Shown here one piece after another: positions 1-12,375 of a stretch of 64,000 nt of DNA. The position numbers were made by a program, and so were the translations under genes. The notes under the pieces were generated by a model. That model searched no databases. It saw only the letters and a list, made by a program, of their open reading frames with translations, and was not told the DNA's origin. Origin of the DNA: Patescibacteria group bacterium (GTDB taxonomy: Bacteria > Patescibacteriota > Microgenomatia > UBA8517); the NCBI GenBank assembly GCA_036381415.1, contig DASVCV010000007.1, positions 1,229 to 65,228 of the forward strand. Direction: 5' to 3'. Numbering within the stretch: position 1 is the first letter of the stretch; the number at the start of each line of letters is the position of its first letter.

Positions 1-371
1 AACTCATTGGAATTGAAAAAGAAATTTTTAGCCCCATAAAAACATTTTCAGGGGGAATGAAAAGAAAACTAGAAATTATTAGAAGCCTAATGCATAACCC
101 CAAAATACTATTCCTTGATGAACCGACCTCAGGTCTTGACCCTTTAAGCAGAAAAAATCTCTGGAGTTATATCAATAGTGTTAGAAAAACAAATGGGACT
201 ACCATATTCTTAACTACCCACTACTTGGAAGAAGCAGAAAATGCAGATCATGTGATAATCATTAATCATGGAAAAATTGCAGTAGAAGGCTCTCCACATG
301 CAATTAAAAAACATGCAAAAACCTTGGAAGATGCATATGTAAAAATAATACACGAGGAGGCCGAACTATGA
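1..371 (+). CDS. ABC transporter ATP-binding protein, 5'-truncated at window edge
   Basis: Frame continues from base 3. ABC signature FSGGMKRK, Walker B ILFLDEPTSGLD and H-loop TTHYLEEA are present. Confidence 0.85.
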   Translation, partial: LIGIEKEIFSPIKTFSGGMKRKLEIIRSLMHNPKILFLDEPTSGLDPLSRKNLWSYINSVRKTNGTTIFLTTHYLEEAENADHVIIINHGKIAVEGSPHAIKKHAKTLEDAYVKIIHEEAEL

Positions 372-1147
372 GGGAAGTAAATGCAGCCCTCACTATTGCC
401 TACCGTGATGTAACCAAATTCCTTCGTGATAGGACAAGAATGATTTTTACATTTGTATTCCCTTTTCTTTTTATTGGAGTTTTGGGAAGCTCACTTCAAT
501 CAAACCTGGGTCCTCAAATTGGATATAACTTTTTAACATTTGTTTTTACAGGAGTTATTGGCCAGGCACTTTTCCAATCAACTGCCTCTGGAATAATTTC
601 TTTAATTGAAGACAGAACTAATGATTTTTCCCAGGAAATTTTTGTATCTCCAATTTCTCGCTACACAATTATCATTGGAAAAATACTTGGTGAATCAATT
701 GTCTCTCTTTCTCAGGTCATTGGAATTGTTATTTTTGGATATTTGGTAGGAGCAGAAATTTCACTTCCCCAACTAATTAGTCTAATCCCTGTAGGAATTG
801 TTGCTTGCCTTTTAGGAGGTGCTTTTGGAATTATAGTGTTGGCAAATCTTTCCTCAGAAAGATCAGCCAATCAAGTTTTTCCATTTTTAATGTTCCCACA
901 ATTTTTCTTGGCAGGTGTTTTTAATCCAATCAAAAAACTTCCTCTTCTTTTAGATATTCTTTCCCGTATTTCACCAATGAGATATGCAGTCGATTTTATA
1001 AGAGGAGTTTATTACTGGGGGCGACCTGAGTATGACAAAGTAGTTCTTCTTTCTCCTATCTCAAACCTATTAATAATTACAGCTATGTTTGTTGCCTTTT
1101 TGTTTCTCGGAACTTTTCTTTTCGTTAGAAACGAAAGAAACAGGTAA
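368..1147 (+). CDS. ABC-2 family transporter permease
   Basis: 259 aa with multiple hydrophobic helices. ATGA start/stop overlap with the upstream ATPase gene. Confidence 0.75.
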   Translation: MREVNAALTIAYRDVTKFLRDRTRMIFTFVFPFLFIGVLGSSLQSNLGPQIGYNFLTFVFTGVIGQALFQSTASGIISLIEDRTNDFSQEIFVSPISRYTIIIGKILGESIVSLSQVIGIVIFGYLVGAEISLPQLISLIPVGIVACLLGGAFGIIVLANLSSERSANQVFPFLMFPQFFLAGVFNPIKKLPLLLDILSRISPMRYAVDFIRGVYYWGRPEYDKVVLLSPISNLLIITAMFVAFLFLGTFLFVRNERNR

Positions 1148-1151
1148 AAAA

Positions 1152-2963
1152 TTATTTTATTCCTTTTTTAATTCTTCTTGCTTCAACAGCATCTAATATC
1201 ACTTTTCTTACTCTAATGTTTTTTGGAGTAATTTCTACCAACTCTTCATCATCAATATATTCCAAAGCTTCTTCCAAACTCATTTTCTTTGGTGTATTAA
1301 AGTGGTCCATTCCACCATCTCCCTTTGAGCGCATGTTTGAAAGTTTTTTCTCTTTACAGACATTTACATCAATATCTCCTTCTCTTGAGTTTTGTCCAAC
1401 CACTTCTCCTTTATATACTTCCTCTCCAGGACCAACAAAAAGCACTCCTCTATCCTGAATGTTTACTAGTCCATATAATCTAGTAATTCCAGATTCAAAT
1501 GCAACTAAAGATCCATGTGTTCTTCTATATCCTTCACTTGTATCAGGTCTAAATTCTTCAAAGGTTGAGTTAATTACCCCCATTCCTTTAGTATCAGTTA
1601 GCATCTCAGATCTATATCCAAACAAATCTTTGGTTGCAATTACAAATTCCAAAAAAGTATTTCCATTAGTAGTAATCATATCTGTCATTTGAGCGCGTCT
1701 TTGCCCCATTTTTTGTACAACCACACCAGAATAGGTTTCAGGAGCTTCAATATAGACTCTCTCATATGGAGTAAGCTTTACTCCATCAACTACTTTTGTA
1801 ATAGCACGAGGTCTAGATACCTGAAATTCATATCCTTCTCTTCTCATTCTCTCAATTAAAATTGCAAGATGAAGTTCTCCGCGTCCGCTTACAATCCAGC
1901 CCCCGCTGCCATCTTCTTCAACTTTTAATGCAACATCGTTTTCAAGCTCTTTGTATAAACGTGCTTTTAACTGGCTTGAGGTTTTATATTCTCCCTCACG
2001 CCCAGCAAAAGGAGATGTATTAATTCCAAAGGTCATTTTAATTGTTGGTTCTTCAATATCAAGAAGTGGAAGCGCAATTGGATTAGTAGTATCTCCAATT
2101 GTTTCTCCAATTGTGATATCAGGTATACCTGATATTGCAACAATATCTCCTGCCTCAGCCTCTTTTGCAGCCACCCTTTCTAATCCATCAAATGTCATAA
2201 GTGAAGAAATTCGGTAATTAGTTATTTGACCTTTTCTGTTAATATGAGCGACATCTTGTCCTTCTTTAATTGTTCCATTGCTTATTTTTCCTGTGGCAAT
2301 TCTTCCTTTGAAATTATCATATGAAATAGTTGTGACAAGTATTTGAAGAGGTTTTTCACTGTCTCCTGCTGGAGCTGGTATTTCTTTAATAATTGCATCA
2401 AATAAAGGAGAAATATCCTTCATTTTGGTTATATCTGCTTCATCCCCTGCTAAGCCATTTTTGGCAGATGCATATATAACTGGGAAAAAGGCTGTTTCTT
2501 CATTTGCACCTAATTCAACAAAAAGGTCAAAAGTTTTACCAAGTACATATTCAACCCTTGCATCTTCAAGATCAATTTTGTTAATAACAACAATAATCTT
2601 AAGTCCTAATTCCAAGGCATGTTTTAATACAAACCTGGTTTGAGGCATTGGTCCATCTTTTGCATCTATTAATAGTAGTGCCCCATCTGCCATTTTTAGG
2701 ACGCGTTCTACTTCCCCTCCAAAGTCAGCATGTCCCGGAGTATCAATGATGTTTATTTTAGTATCATGGTATGTTACTGAGGCATTTTTAGAGAAAATTG
2801 TAATTCCGCGCTCACGCTCCAGCTCATTTGAGTCCATGATGAGCCCGGCATCATCTCTTTCCTTTTTGAGCTTGGTATGAGATTGCCTTAGTAGTGCATC
2901 AACCAGGGTGGTTTTACCATGGTCAACGTGTGCAATAATGGCTATATTACGGATATTTTTCAT
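1152..2963 (-). CDS. typA: Translational GTPase TypA/BipA
   Basis: 603 aa. [15 protein letters not shown] (G1), [14 protein letters not shown] (G3) and NKID (G4). Length and N-terminal region fit BipA rather than LepA. Confidence 0.9.
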   Translation of the reverse strand: MKNIRNIAIIAHVDHGKTTLVDALLRQSHTKLKKERDDAGLIMDSNELERERGITIFSKNASVTYHDTKINIIDTPGHADFGGEVERVLKMADGALLLIDAKDGPMPQTRFVLKHALELGLKIIVVINKIDLEDARVEYVLGKTFDLFVELGANEETAFFPVIYASAKNGLAGDEADITKMKDISPLFDAIIKEIPAPAGDSEKPLQILVTTISYDNFKGRIATGKISNGTIKEGQDVAHINRKGQITNYRISSLMTFDGLERVAAKEAEAGDIVAISGIPDITIGETIGDTTNPIALPLLDIEEPTIKMTFGINTSPFAGREGEYKTSSQLKARLYKELENDVALKVEEDGSGGWIVSGRGELHLAILIERMRREGYEFQVSRPRAITKVVDGVKLTPYERVYIEAPETYSGVVVQKMGQRRAQMTDMITTNGNTFLEFVIATKDLFGYRSEMLTDTKGMGVINSTFEEFRPDTSEGYRRTHGSLVAFESGITRLYGLVNIQDRGVLFVGPGEEVYKGEVVGQNSREGDIDVNVCKEKKLSNMRSKGDGGMDHFNTPKKMSLEEALEYIDDEELVEITPKNIRVRKVILDAVEARRIKKGIK

Positions 2964-3065
2964 ATAATTAATATTATTTCCAACAAAAAACCGCGCACCT
3001 TACGCGGGTAATGTATTGTATCATAACTTGACCTGTTTTAGTAAATTGTATAAGCTTTAACTAAT

Positions 3066-3839
3066 ATGGATAGAAGAACCTTTTTAAGTTCAGTCTTAAC
3101 TGCATTTTTAACAGTGCTTTTTGGAGTATTAGTTCTTTATCTTTTTCCCTGGGACAAAATAAAAATTGGCAACAATCCCCTTTTTCCTAAATCAACAATC
3201 ACAGTTAGCGGTGAAGCCCAAGGAAATGAGAAAAATCAAATAGCAACATTTACTGCTTCTGTTATGTCAACAAATGATGACAAACAAAAAGCAGTTGATG
3301 AAACTAACACAAAAATGACAGATCTTATTAAATCTGTAAAAGCCCTAGGAATAGTAGATGATGATATTAAAACTGAAAACATCAGTATTTATGAGCAGCC
3401 CTCCCCATACCCTGTTCCAATGATGTATCCAACAAGGACTGGTACAGGACAAGGCGCCTGGGCAGCCAACAACACAACTACTGTTACAGTCAGAGATTTA
3501 ACAAAAGTTTCTCCTTTAGCTGATTTGCTTCAAAAAGGTGGAGCAACAAATGTGTATGGTCCAAACTACACAGTTGATAACACAACAAATACTCAAGCAG
3601 ATGTTTTAGGTCAAGCAATTGAAAATGCCAGAAAGAAAGCAGAAAAAATAGCTCAAGCTTCAGGAAGAAGTCTTGGAAAAGCAGTAACAATTCAGGAAGG
3701 CGGCCAGTATGGCGGAATATATCCTCTTCAAATGGATAAAGCAGTCGGTTTAGGTGGTGGATCTGCTCCTTCTACTCCAGTCCAGCCAGGAACTCAAACT
3801 GTTTATAAATCAGTAACTGTCACCTTTGAATTAAAATAA
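3066..3839 (+). CDS. SIMPL/DUF541 domain periplasmic protein
   Basis: 257 aa with an N-terminal TM/signal segment. Overall similarity to the YggE/SIMPL family. Confidence 0.6.
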   Translation: MDRRTFLSSVLTAFLTVLFGVLVLYLFPWDKIKIGNNPLFPKSTITVSGEAQGNEKNQIATFTASVMSTNDDKQKAVDETNTKMTDLIKSVKALGIVDDDIKTENISIYEQPSPYPVPMMYPTRTGTGQGAWAANNTTTVTVRDLTKVSPLADLLQKGGATNVYGPNYTVDNTTNTQADVLGQAIENARKKAEKIAQASGRSLGKAVTIQEGGQYGGIYPLQMDKAVGLGGGSAPSTPVQPGTQTVYKSVTVTFELK

Positions 3840-3892
3840 CTTCAAGTAAAAATTAAATAGAAAAAATTATTTCAGTGTGTTTATGGAAGAGT

Positions 3893-4432
3893 TTATTTTT
3901 TGAAGCGCTTTGCACACTCTTCAATTATTTTCCAAGCAGCTTCTGTGTTTCCCCAACCTTCTACTTTAGTGCTTCCTGGTTTTTTGAGATCTTTGTAGTG
4001 ATTAAAATGATGTTCAATTTGTGCTTTCCATGCTCCATATAAATCATCCAACTCTTTAATTTCATTTCCTTTGTGTCTATCATCCTCAGGAACACAAATT
4101 ATTTTATGGTCATTTTCATCACTGTCAACAAAATTAAGTATTCCAACTACTCTTGCCTTAACCACAACTCCCATTGGAAGTGGTTCTGAAGTTATAACTA
4201 ACGTATCAAGTGCATCTCCATCCTCATCAAGTGTTTGTGGAATAAATCCATAATTAACAGGTTTTGCAAATATCCCCGGTTCTACTCTATCAAGTTTAAA
4301 GACTTTGTGTTCACGGTCATACTCAATTTTATTCATTGAGCCTTTGGAGATTTCAATGACAGTATTAACGTATTCTCCCTTCTGGCCAAAATCAAATTCT
4401 TTGTCAAAGTCAGTCATGTAAGTATTATGCAA
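3893..4432 (-). CDS. ppa: Inorganic pyrophosphatase (family I)
   Basis: 179 aa. Cluster of Asp residues (DEDGDALDTLV) and the overall PPase pattern. Confidence 0.85.
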   Translation of the reverse strand: MHNTYMTDFDKEFDFGQKGEYVNTVIEISKGSMNKIEYDREHKVFKLDRVEPGIFAKPVNYGFIPQTLDEDGDALDTLVITSEPLPMGVVVKARVVGILNFVDSDENDHKIICVPEDDRHKGNEIKELDDLYGAWKAQIEHHFNHYKDLKKPGSTKVEGWGNTEAAWKIIEECAKRFKK

Positions 4433-4441
4433 CCTCTTCTT

Positions 4442-6394
<1,953 letters not shown>

Positions 6395-6501
6395 TTAATA
6401 TTACTAGAACCATTATAGCCTGTCTAGAGTGTATAAACAAGGCTACTTAGCTTCAAATCTGGCTCTTGAACCCCTTTTTCTCATAGTTTAAAACTATATT
6501 A

Positions 6502-7140
6502 ATGCCTACAGTTGAGAACAGGATTTCAAGAAGAAAATTCATATCTGGCTTCACCCTCTCAACTCTTGCAGTTCTTGCATCTTCCAACTTGGCTACTCAT
6601 GAAATCCTTAATTCCACTCTATCTTTAGAACAGGTAGAGGCATCTATGAGACAAAAAGCAGCAGACGGGATTGAGATTGAGGAGGCCTATGTTTATGATC
6701 CCAAAACCAAAATTCAACTACTTCACATTCAGGGTGTTATTGGTGGAGTAAGAGCTTTAACTGACAAAGAAAGAAAAATAGCAGATAGAAAAATTTACAC
6801 TCATTTTCACCCTCAATACGTTAAAGGAGAACTTGCCATCCCAACTCTTGGTCTAGAAGATATGTATGAAGCTTATTATGACGGCTTTCTAGAAACAAGA
6901 GCAACAGGAGTAAACCCTGAAACAGGACTAAATTATCTTTCTAGAGCAAATCTAGGAAATAGAATGTGGTGGCCTGATATGCCAAAAAACAATTTACAAA
7001 GGTTAATAGATAAAGAACTATATAATCTACAAGACTCAGGTATGTCAGAACTTGCTAAATACACCCAGGCTTACAATACTGTCTTTTTAAGACACGCTAA
7101 AGAGAATAATTTCATATATGAATACCTTGAGTGGAAATAA
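6502..7140 (+). CDS. Hypothetical exported protein with a Tat-like signal
   Basis: N-terminus SRRKFISGFTLSTLAVLAS resembles a twin-arginine signal. No recognizable domain. Confidence 0.55.
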   Translation: MPTVENRISRRKFISGFTLSTLAVLASSNLATHEILNSTLSLEQVEASMRQKAADGIEIEEAYVYDPKTKIQLLHIQGVIGGVRALTDKERKIADRKIYTHFHPQYVKGELAIPTLGLEDMYEAYYDGFLETRATGVNPETGLNYLSRANLGNRMWWPDMPKNNLQRLIDKELYNLQDSGMSELAKYTQAYNTVFLRHAKENNFIYEYLEWK

Positions 7141-7143
7141 CTA

Positions 7144-7740
7144 TCAGTCTTCTATATTTACTACAAAGTTTGTAAGTTGAAGTGCTACATTTCCATTTGC
7201 TTTCAAATTAGTCAAAGTACTAGTTGCACTCTCAATTATTTTTAAAGAAGCACCTCCACTTACAAGTTGTGAGTGTCCTCCATTAATAATGTCTGTTATA
7301 AATTCCGCTGCTTCTTCCCTTGTTTTAATTTTTGAAATTTCTTCAAACTTCCTTCCTAAACTCATACTTATAAATTCATTAAAAAAAATAGATGTATCTT
7401 TCCTTTTTTCCTCTCCCCCTATTTCCACAACCTCGCATCTTGAAATGATGGTTGATAAACAATTATCAATTGATGTTGCTGTTAAAATATATATAAGATT
7501 TGCTTGGGGCTCTTCTAAGCTTTTTAAAAATGCATTTTGAGTCTCTTCAGAAGCTAAATCAAAATCACTAATTAAAACTGCTGTTTTTTCAGTTAAGCTA
7601 AGCTTTGTAAAACTAGAAAGATTTTTAATATCAGCAATTTTTTTAAGTTCAAAAGGAAAAATCTTTGCCTTTAATTTTTTTGCAAGTTCAGATATTTTCT
7701 TTTCTTTCTCTCCACCTCCAACAATTAAAAATGAGTGCAT
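7144..7740 (-). CDS. holB: DNA polymerase III delta-prime subunit, minimal form
   Basis: 198 aa. FLKSLEEPQANLIYILTATSIDNCLSTIISRC matches the delta-prime clamp-loader core (LLKTLEEP...SRC). Confidence 0.7.
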   Translation of the reverse strand: MHSFLIVGGGEKEKKISELAKKLKAKIFPFELKKIADIKNLSSFTKLSLTEKTAVLISDFDLASEETQNAFLKSLEEPQANLIYILTATSIDNCLSTIISRCEVVEIGGEEKRKDTSIFFNEFISMSLGRKFEEISKIKTREEAAEFITDIINGGHSQLVSGGASLKIIESATSTLTNLKANGNVALQLTNFVVNIED

Positions 7741-9532
7741 GATAAGGCATTATACGCCCTTGCAGGGTATCCCAATACATGCATATAATGAATCTAATAT
7801 GGCTGCTCAGTCTGCCGCGAGTTCCGATGGATCTCTATCACTTGCCGATATCTTAGTTTCTCAGGGTGGTATAACTGCTGATGTTGCTCAAAGATTAAAG
7901 CTTGCTGAAGTTCAAACCGGAAAATCTCAGGAAGACATGATCATTGAGCAAAAGCTTGTGACTCCTGGAGCTTTGGCCAAAGCAAAAGCAGCTTTCTACA
8001 ACATTCCCTACATTGATCTTGCAACTACCCCTGTCAGTCCTGATGCCATAGGAATGGTAAGCCAAGATATGGCAGATAGATTCCATGTCTTTCCAGTTTC
8101 TGCTGACCGTACTTCTAAAGAATTGACTCTTGCCATGAAAGAGCCTTTGGATTTCTCATCTATTGAATTTATTGAACAAAAAACAGGATTTCATGTAAAG
8201 CCAGTTGCTGCAGAACCTGAAAAAATTGATGAATTAATTGCTGCCAACTATTCAACCACTCTCTCCCAGGAGGTAACAGAAGCTCTTAAAGATATTGCTC
8301 CTGAAAAGCAGGGAGTAAAAACTCTTGATGCCTCAGTTTCAGGTACTGGAGTAATTAAACAGGAAAAAATAAGCGAAATTGTAACTCATATTTTAGGGTT
8401 TGCTGTTAAGGCAAGAGCATCAGATGTCCACATTGAACCTCTTGACCGCGGAACCCGTGTCCGCTACAGAATTGACGGAATTTTACAGGAAAAACTTACT
8501 ATTCCAAAAGAGCTCCATGAAGCTCTAGTTTCCCGCATTAAAATCCTTTCTGATATGAAAATTGATGAGAAAAGAATTCCCCAGGACGGAAGATTTAACT
8601 TTAAAAATGGAGATGAAGAGGTAGATCTTCGTGTTTCCACTCTTCCTACTGTATGGGGTGAAAAAGTAGTCATGAGGCTTCTTAAAAAAACAGGTGGAAT
8701 TCCAACTCTCGCTGACCTTGGACTTAGAGGTCAAGCTTTAAAAAGCTTGCAGGATGCAACACTTAGGCCTCATGGAATTATTACTATTTGCGGACCCACA
8801 GGTTCAGGAAAAACCACTACTCTATATTCCCTTTTGACCCGTCTTAATACTCCCAAAGTAAATATCATGACTCTTGAAGATCCAGTTGAGTATAAAATGT
8901 TAGGGATTAACCAGGTCCAAATTAACCCAGGTGTTGGACTTACCTTTGCTTCAGGTCTAAGATCATTTCTTCGTCAGGACCCAAACATTATTCTAGTTGG
9001 AGAAATTAGGGATAGAGAAACAGCAGATCTTGCTATTCAAGCCTCCCTTACAGGGCATTTGGTGTTTGCCACCCTTCATACCAATGACGCAGCAGGAGCC
9101 CTTCCTAGGCTTCTTGACATGGGTGCAGAGCCATTCCTCCTTGCCTCCTCCATGACTGCAATTGTTGCTCAAAGGGTCTTAAGAAAAATTGATGAATCTG
9201 CAAAGGAAGAATACACGCCAGATCCTAAAATCAGCGAGGACATTCGAGGTGTTTTAGGAAACTTATATCCAGCCGATAAGCCTCTTAAGCTATATAAAGG
9301 AAAGCAAACTCCAGACAACAACAATACAGGTTATAAAGGCAGAGTTGGAATTTTTGAAGTAATTCCTGTAACAGACAAAATCGGAAGGCTTATTCTTGAA
9401 AGAGCTCCAGCAACAGCGATGCAAAAAGAAGCAACAGCAGAGGGAATGGTTACAATGAAACAAGATGGTTACTTAAAAGCTCTTGAAGGAATAACAACTC
9501 TTGAAGAAGTAGTAAGGGTTGCACAGGAATAA
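7739..9532 (+). CDS. pilB: Type IV pilus assembly ATPase PilB (GspE family)
   Basis: Walker A GPTGSGKTTTLYS and an Asp/His box. The start overlaps the holB start on the opposite strand (CATG). Alternative start at 7799 (MAAQSAAS), preceded by TATAAT at 7783. Confidence 0.9.
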   Translation: MIRHYTPLQGIPIHAYNESNMAAQSAASSDGSLSLADILVSQGGITADVAQRLKLAEVQTGKSQEDMIIEQKLVTPGALAKAKAAFYNIPYIDLATTPVSPDAIGMVSQDMADRFHVFPVSADRTSKELTLAMKEPLDFSSIEFIEQKTGFHVKPVAAEPEKIDELIAANYSTTLSQEVTEALKDIAPEKQGVKTLDASVSGTGVIKQEKISEIVTHILGFAVKARASDVHIEPLDRGTRVRYRIDGILQEKLTIPKELHEALVSRIKILSDMKIDEKRIPQDGRFNFKNGDEEVDLRVSTLPTVWGEKVVMRLLKKTGGIPTLADLGLRGQALKSLQDATLRPHGIITICGPTGSGKTTTLYSLLTRLNTPKVNIMTLEDPVEYKMLGINQVQINPGVGLTFASGLRSFLRQDPNIILVGEIRDRETADLAIQASLTGHLVFATLHTNDAAGALPRLLDMGAEPFLLASSMTAIVAQRVLRKIDESAKEEYTPDPKISEDIRGVLGNLYPADKPLKLYKGKQTPDNNNTGYKGRVGIFEVIPVTDKIGRLILERAPATAMQKEATAEGMVTMKQDGYLKALEGITTLEEVVRVAQE

Positions 9533-9534
9533 AT

Positions 9535-10590
9535 ATGGATATAAGAGAATATTTACAACTGACTGTAGCAAAAAATGCATCAGACTTGCATTTAATTGTT
9601 GGTGTTCCTCCCATGCTTCGCGTTGAAGGAAACCTATTTCCTATTCCTAATGAACCAGTTCTAACTGCCGACCAGATGCTTCTCCATTTAAAAGGAGTTC
9701 TTGCATCAGACCAAATTGAACGCCTTTCTGTAAACAAAGAAATTGACTTTTCCCTCTCATTTTCTGATAAAGCAAGATTTAGAGTTAATGCCTACACTCA
9801 AAAAGGGTCAGCTGCAGCAGCTTTTAGAAGAATTCCTCTCGAAATTCCTCCAATTGATTCTCTTAATCTGCCTCCTGTAGTTCACAACTTCACTACTCCT
9901 AGACAAGGCTTTATTCTTGTTACTGGTCCAACGGGTCATGGAAAGTCCACCACTCTTGCTTCAATTTTAGAAGAAATAAATAGAACAAGAGCAACACATA
10001 TTGTCACAATTGAAGATCCAGTTGAGTTTATCTTTAAGCCAAATAAATCAATAATTTCTCAAAGGGAAATGCATCAAGACACTCACTCTTGGACAGTTGC
10101 CTTAAGGAGCGTTCTTCGTGAGGACCCTGATGTTGTTCTAATTGGGGAAATGCGCGACTATGAAACAATTGCAGCAGCTCTGACAATTGCTGAAACAGGC
10201 CATTTAGTTTTTGCAACACTACACACCAATTCAGCTGCCCAAACCGTAGACCGTATTGTAGATGTCTTTCCAGAAGAGCAGCAATCTCAAGTGAAACTTC
10301 AGCTTTCAAATGTACTGGAAGCAGTCTTTTCCCAAAGACTTGTTCCAGGGCTATCTGGAGGAAGAGTCATTGCATATGAGCTTATGCTTGCAACAAATGC
10401 CATAAGGACTGCAATTAGGGAAGGAAAAACTCATCAGATAGATTCTATTATGGAAACAAGTTCAGATGTTGGTATGAAAACAATAGAGTCAACTCTTGCT
10501 GATTTAGTAAAGATCGGAAAAATCTCCGTTGAGCAAGCCCAGGCATTTGCTTTAAGGCCGGATGAACTAACAAGGCTTCTTCACAAATAA
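9535..10590 (+). CDS. pilT: Twitching motility retraction ATPase PilT
   Basis: 351 aa. GPTGHGKSTTLASIL and GEMRDYETIAAALTIAETGHLVFATLHTNSA, the PilT signature. Confidence 0.9.
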   Translation: MDIREYLQLTVAKNASDLHLIVGVPPMLRVEGNLFPIPNEPVLTADQMLLHLKGVLASDQIERLSVNKEIDFSLSFSDKARFRVNAYTQKGSAAAAFRRIPLEIPPIDSLNLPPVVHNFTTPRQGFILVTGPTGHGKSTTLASILEEINRTRATHIVTIEDPVEFIFKPNKSIISQREMHQDTHSWTVALRSVLREDPDVVLIGEMRDYETIAAALTIAETGHLVFATLHTNSAAQTVDRIVDVFPEEQQSQVKLQLSNVLEAVFSQRLVPGLSGGRVIAYELMLATNAIRTAIREGKTHQIDSIMETSSDVGMKTIESTLADLVKIGKISVEQAQAFALRPDELTRLLHK

Positions 10591-10598
10591 AAAAGATT

Positions 10599-11804
10599 AT
10601 GAAAAAGTATATTTATAAAGCAATCGGAAAAGATGGCAGACCTGTTACAGGTGAGGTAGAAGCAGCAGATCCTCAAAGAGCATCTAAGCTAGTTAGAAAC
10701 CGCGGCTTAATTTTAGTAAGTCTTAAGCCAAAAGACTCAGGCATTATAGGTTGGATTACAGGCTATAGAAGTAAGGTTAAGCCTTCTGATGTGACAAACT
10801 TTACAAGACAGTTTTCAACCATGGTTAATGCAGGGCTTCCTGTTACTGAATCTCTTTCCATTCTTAAACTTCAGTCAGAATCAAGTATGCAGCTGGTTGT
10901 TTCCCAAATTCTTTCAGATATTGAAGATGGAGAGTCTCTTTCAGTTGCCCTAAATCATCACCCAAAAGTATTTGATACTACCTATGTATCTTTGGTCAAA
11001 GCAGGTGAAGCAGCAGGAGTATTAGATAAAGTGCTTACCCGTCTTGCAGACAGTATGGAAAAAGATGAAGAGTTTCAAGGCAAAGTAAAAGGAGCTCTTG
11101 TTTATCCAGTTATTATTGTTGTTGGAATGGTAATAGTTGCAGCAATAATGATGATTTTTGTGGTTCCACGTCTGACCTCCCTTTACAAAGATTTTGGAGC
11201 AGAGCTTCCCCTTCCAACAAAGATCTTAATGGCAGTCTCAGATGCCTCAGTCCGATATTGGCCAATAACTATTATTCTTGTTATAGCTGCAATTTGGGGT
11301 TTTACAACATATAGAAAAACAGATGCAGGCAGGCACAAACTTGATGCACTCCTTTTTAAAGTTCCTATTTTTGGTGAGCTTCAAAAGAAAGTAATTTTAA
11401 CAGAACTAACCCGCACTCTTTCCTTAATGGTAGGAACTGGAGTTCCAATTCTTGAAAGTTTAACAATAACTGCAAACGTTATTACAAATGTAATTATTAA
11501 AGATGCTCTTAAAGATGCAGGCCGGCAAATAGAAAGGGGCTTCCCTATTGCCTATTCATTTGCCAAGCATCCAGAAGCATTCCCATATATCTTAAGCCAA
11601 ATGATTGCAGTTGGAGAAGAAACTGGAAAAATGGAAGAAGTTCTTTCCAAGGTTTCGCATGTTTTTGAAATAGAGTCAGACCAAAAAGTAAAAACTCTTA
11701 CAGCAGCTATTGAACCCCTTGTCATGATTGTCCTTGGAATTGGTGTTGCTTTCCTGGTTGTTGCCATCATTTTACCCATCTACAACTTGACTAGTAAGTT
11801 CTAA
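10599..11804 (+). CDS. pilC: Type IV pilus platform protein PilC (GspF family)
   Basis: 401 aa. Two GspF repeats and three TM segments. Confidence 0.88.
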   Translation: MKKYIYKAIGKDGRPVTGEVEAADPQRASKLVRNRGLILVSLKPKDSGIIGWITGYRSKVKPSDVTNFTRQFSTMVNAGLPVTESLSILKLQSESSMQLVVSQILSDIEDGESLSVALNHHPKVFDTTYVSLVKAGEAAGVLDKVLTRLADSMEKDEEFQGKVKGALVYPVIIVVGMVIVAAIMMIFVVPRLTSLYKDFGAELPLPTKILMAVSDASVRYWPITIILVIAAIWGFTTYRKTDAGRHKLDALLFKVPIFGELQKKVILTELTRTLSLMVGTGVPILESLTITANVITNVIIKDALKDAGRQIERGFPIAYSFAKHPEAFPYILSQMIAVGEETGKMEEVLSKVSHVFEIESDQKVKTLTAAIEPLVMIVLGIGVAFLVVAIILPIYNLTSKF

Positions 11805-11835
11805 ATGATCAATACTGAAATAATGATGAAAGGGG

Positions 11836-12369
11836 GTGAGAAAATTGAATTTTAAAATACTTAAAAGAGAAGAAGGTTTTACACTTATTGAGCTTTTGAT
11901 TGTTATCGCTGTTATAGGAACACTTGCCGTCGTACTTTTGATCGCAGTAAACCCAGGTGAACAACTTGCCCGCACTCGTGATGCAGGTCGTCAACAAGGA
12001 GTAGGTCAATTGGGACGCGCTATGGAAGCCTATGCAGTAGGCCACAACAGTACCTATATAACCCCAGCTGCAACTTGGATTACATCCTTGCAAACAGCAG
12101 GAGAAATTAGTACTGTCCCAGCAGCAATCACATATGGTTCTGGTACATCTGCTTGTACGACAAATGCCCAAAACGGGTTCTGTTATACATCAGGAGCTGC
12201 AGGAGCTGCACCCATGATCGTTTACGCCAGACTTGAATCCAAAGCTAGTTCAACCAAGTGCACAGCACCAGCTGTCCCTTGGACAGTTTACTCAAGTCAG
12301 GATGGAAGAGGCGGAACAACTTGTAGCCAAGCAGAACCAACAACCGGAGCACAGACATTTGTCCCATAA
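11836..12369 (+). CDS. Type IV pilin (prepilin with class III signal)
   Basis: GTG start. KREEGFTLIELLIVIAVIG is a prepilin cleavage/methylation motif (G|FTLIE). Likely the major pilin. Confidence 0.8.
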   Translation: MRKLNFKILKREEGFTLIELLIVIAVIGTLAVVLLIAVNPGEQLARTRDAGRQQGVGQLGRAMEAYAVGHNSTYITPAATWITSLQTAGEISTVPAAITYGSGTSACTTNAQNGFCYTSGAAGAAPMIVYARLESKASSTKCTAPAVPWTVYSSQDGRGGTTCSQAEPTTGAQTFVP

Positions 12370-12375
12370 ACGAAT

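Noticed and set aside
1216-2643. Four antisense ORFs (1216-1458, 1459-1692, 1951-2217, 2425-2643) inside typA
   Set aside because: They lie entirely within, and opposite to, a well-supported conserved gene and are low-complexity S/P/L-rich. The same applies to antisense ORFs inside gyrB, pilB, recG, pheT, thrS, pyrG and others.
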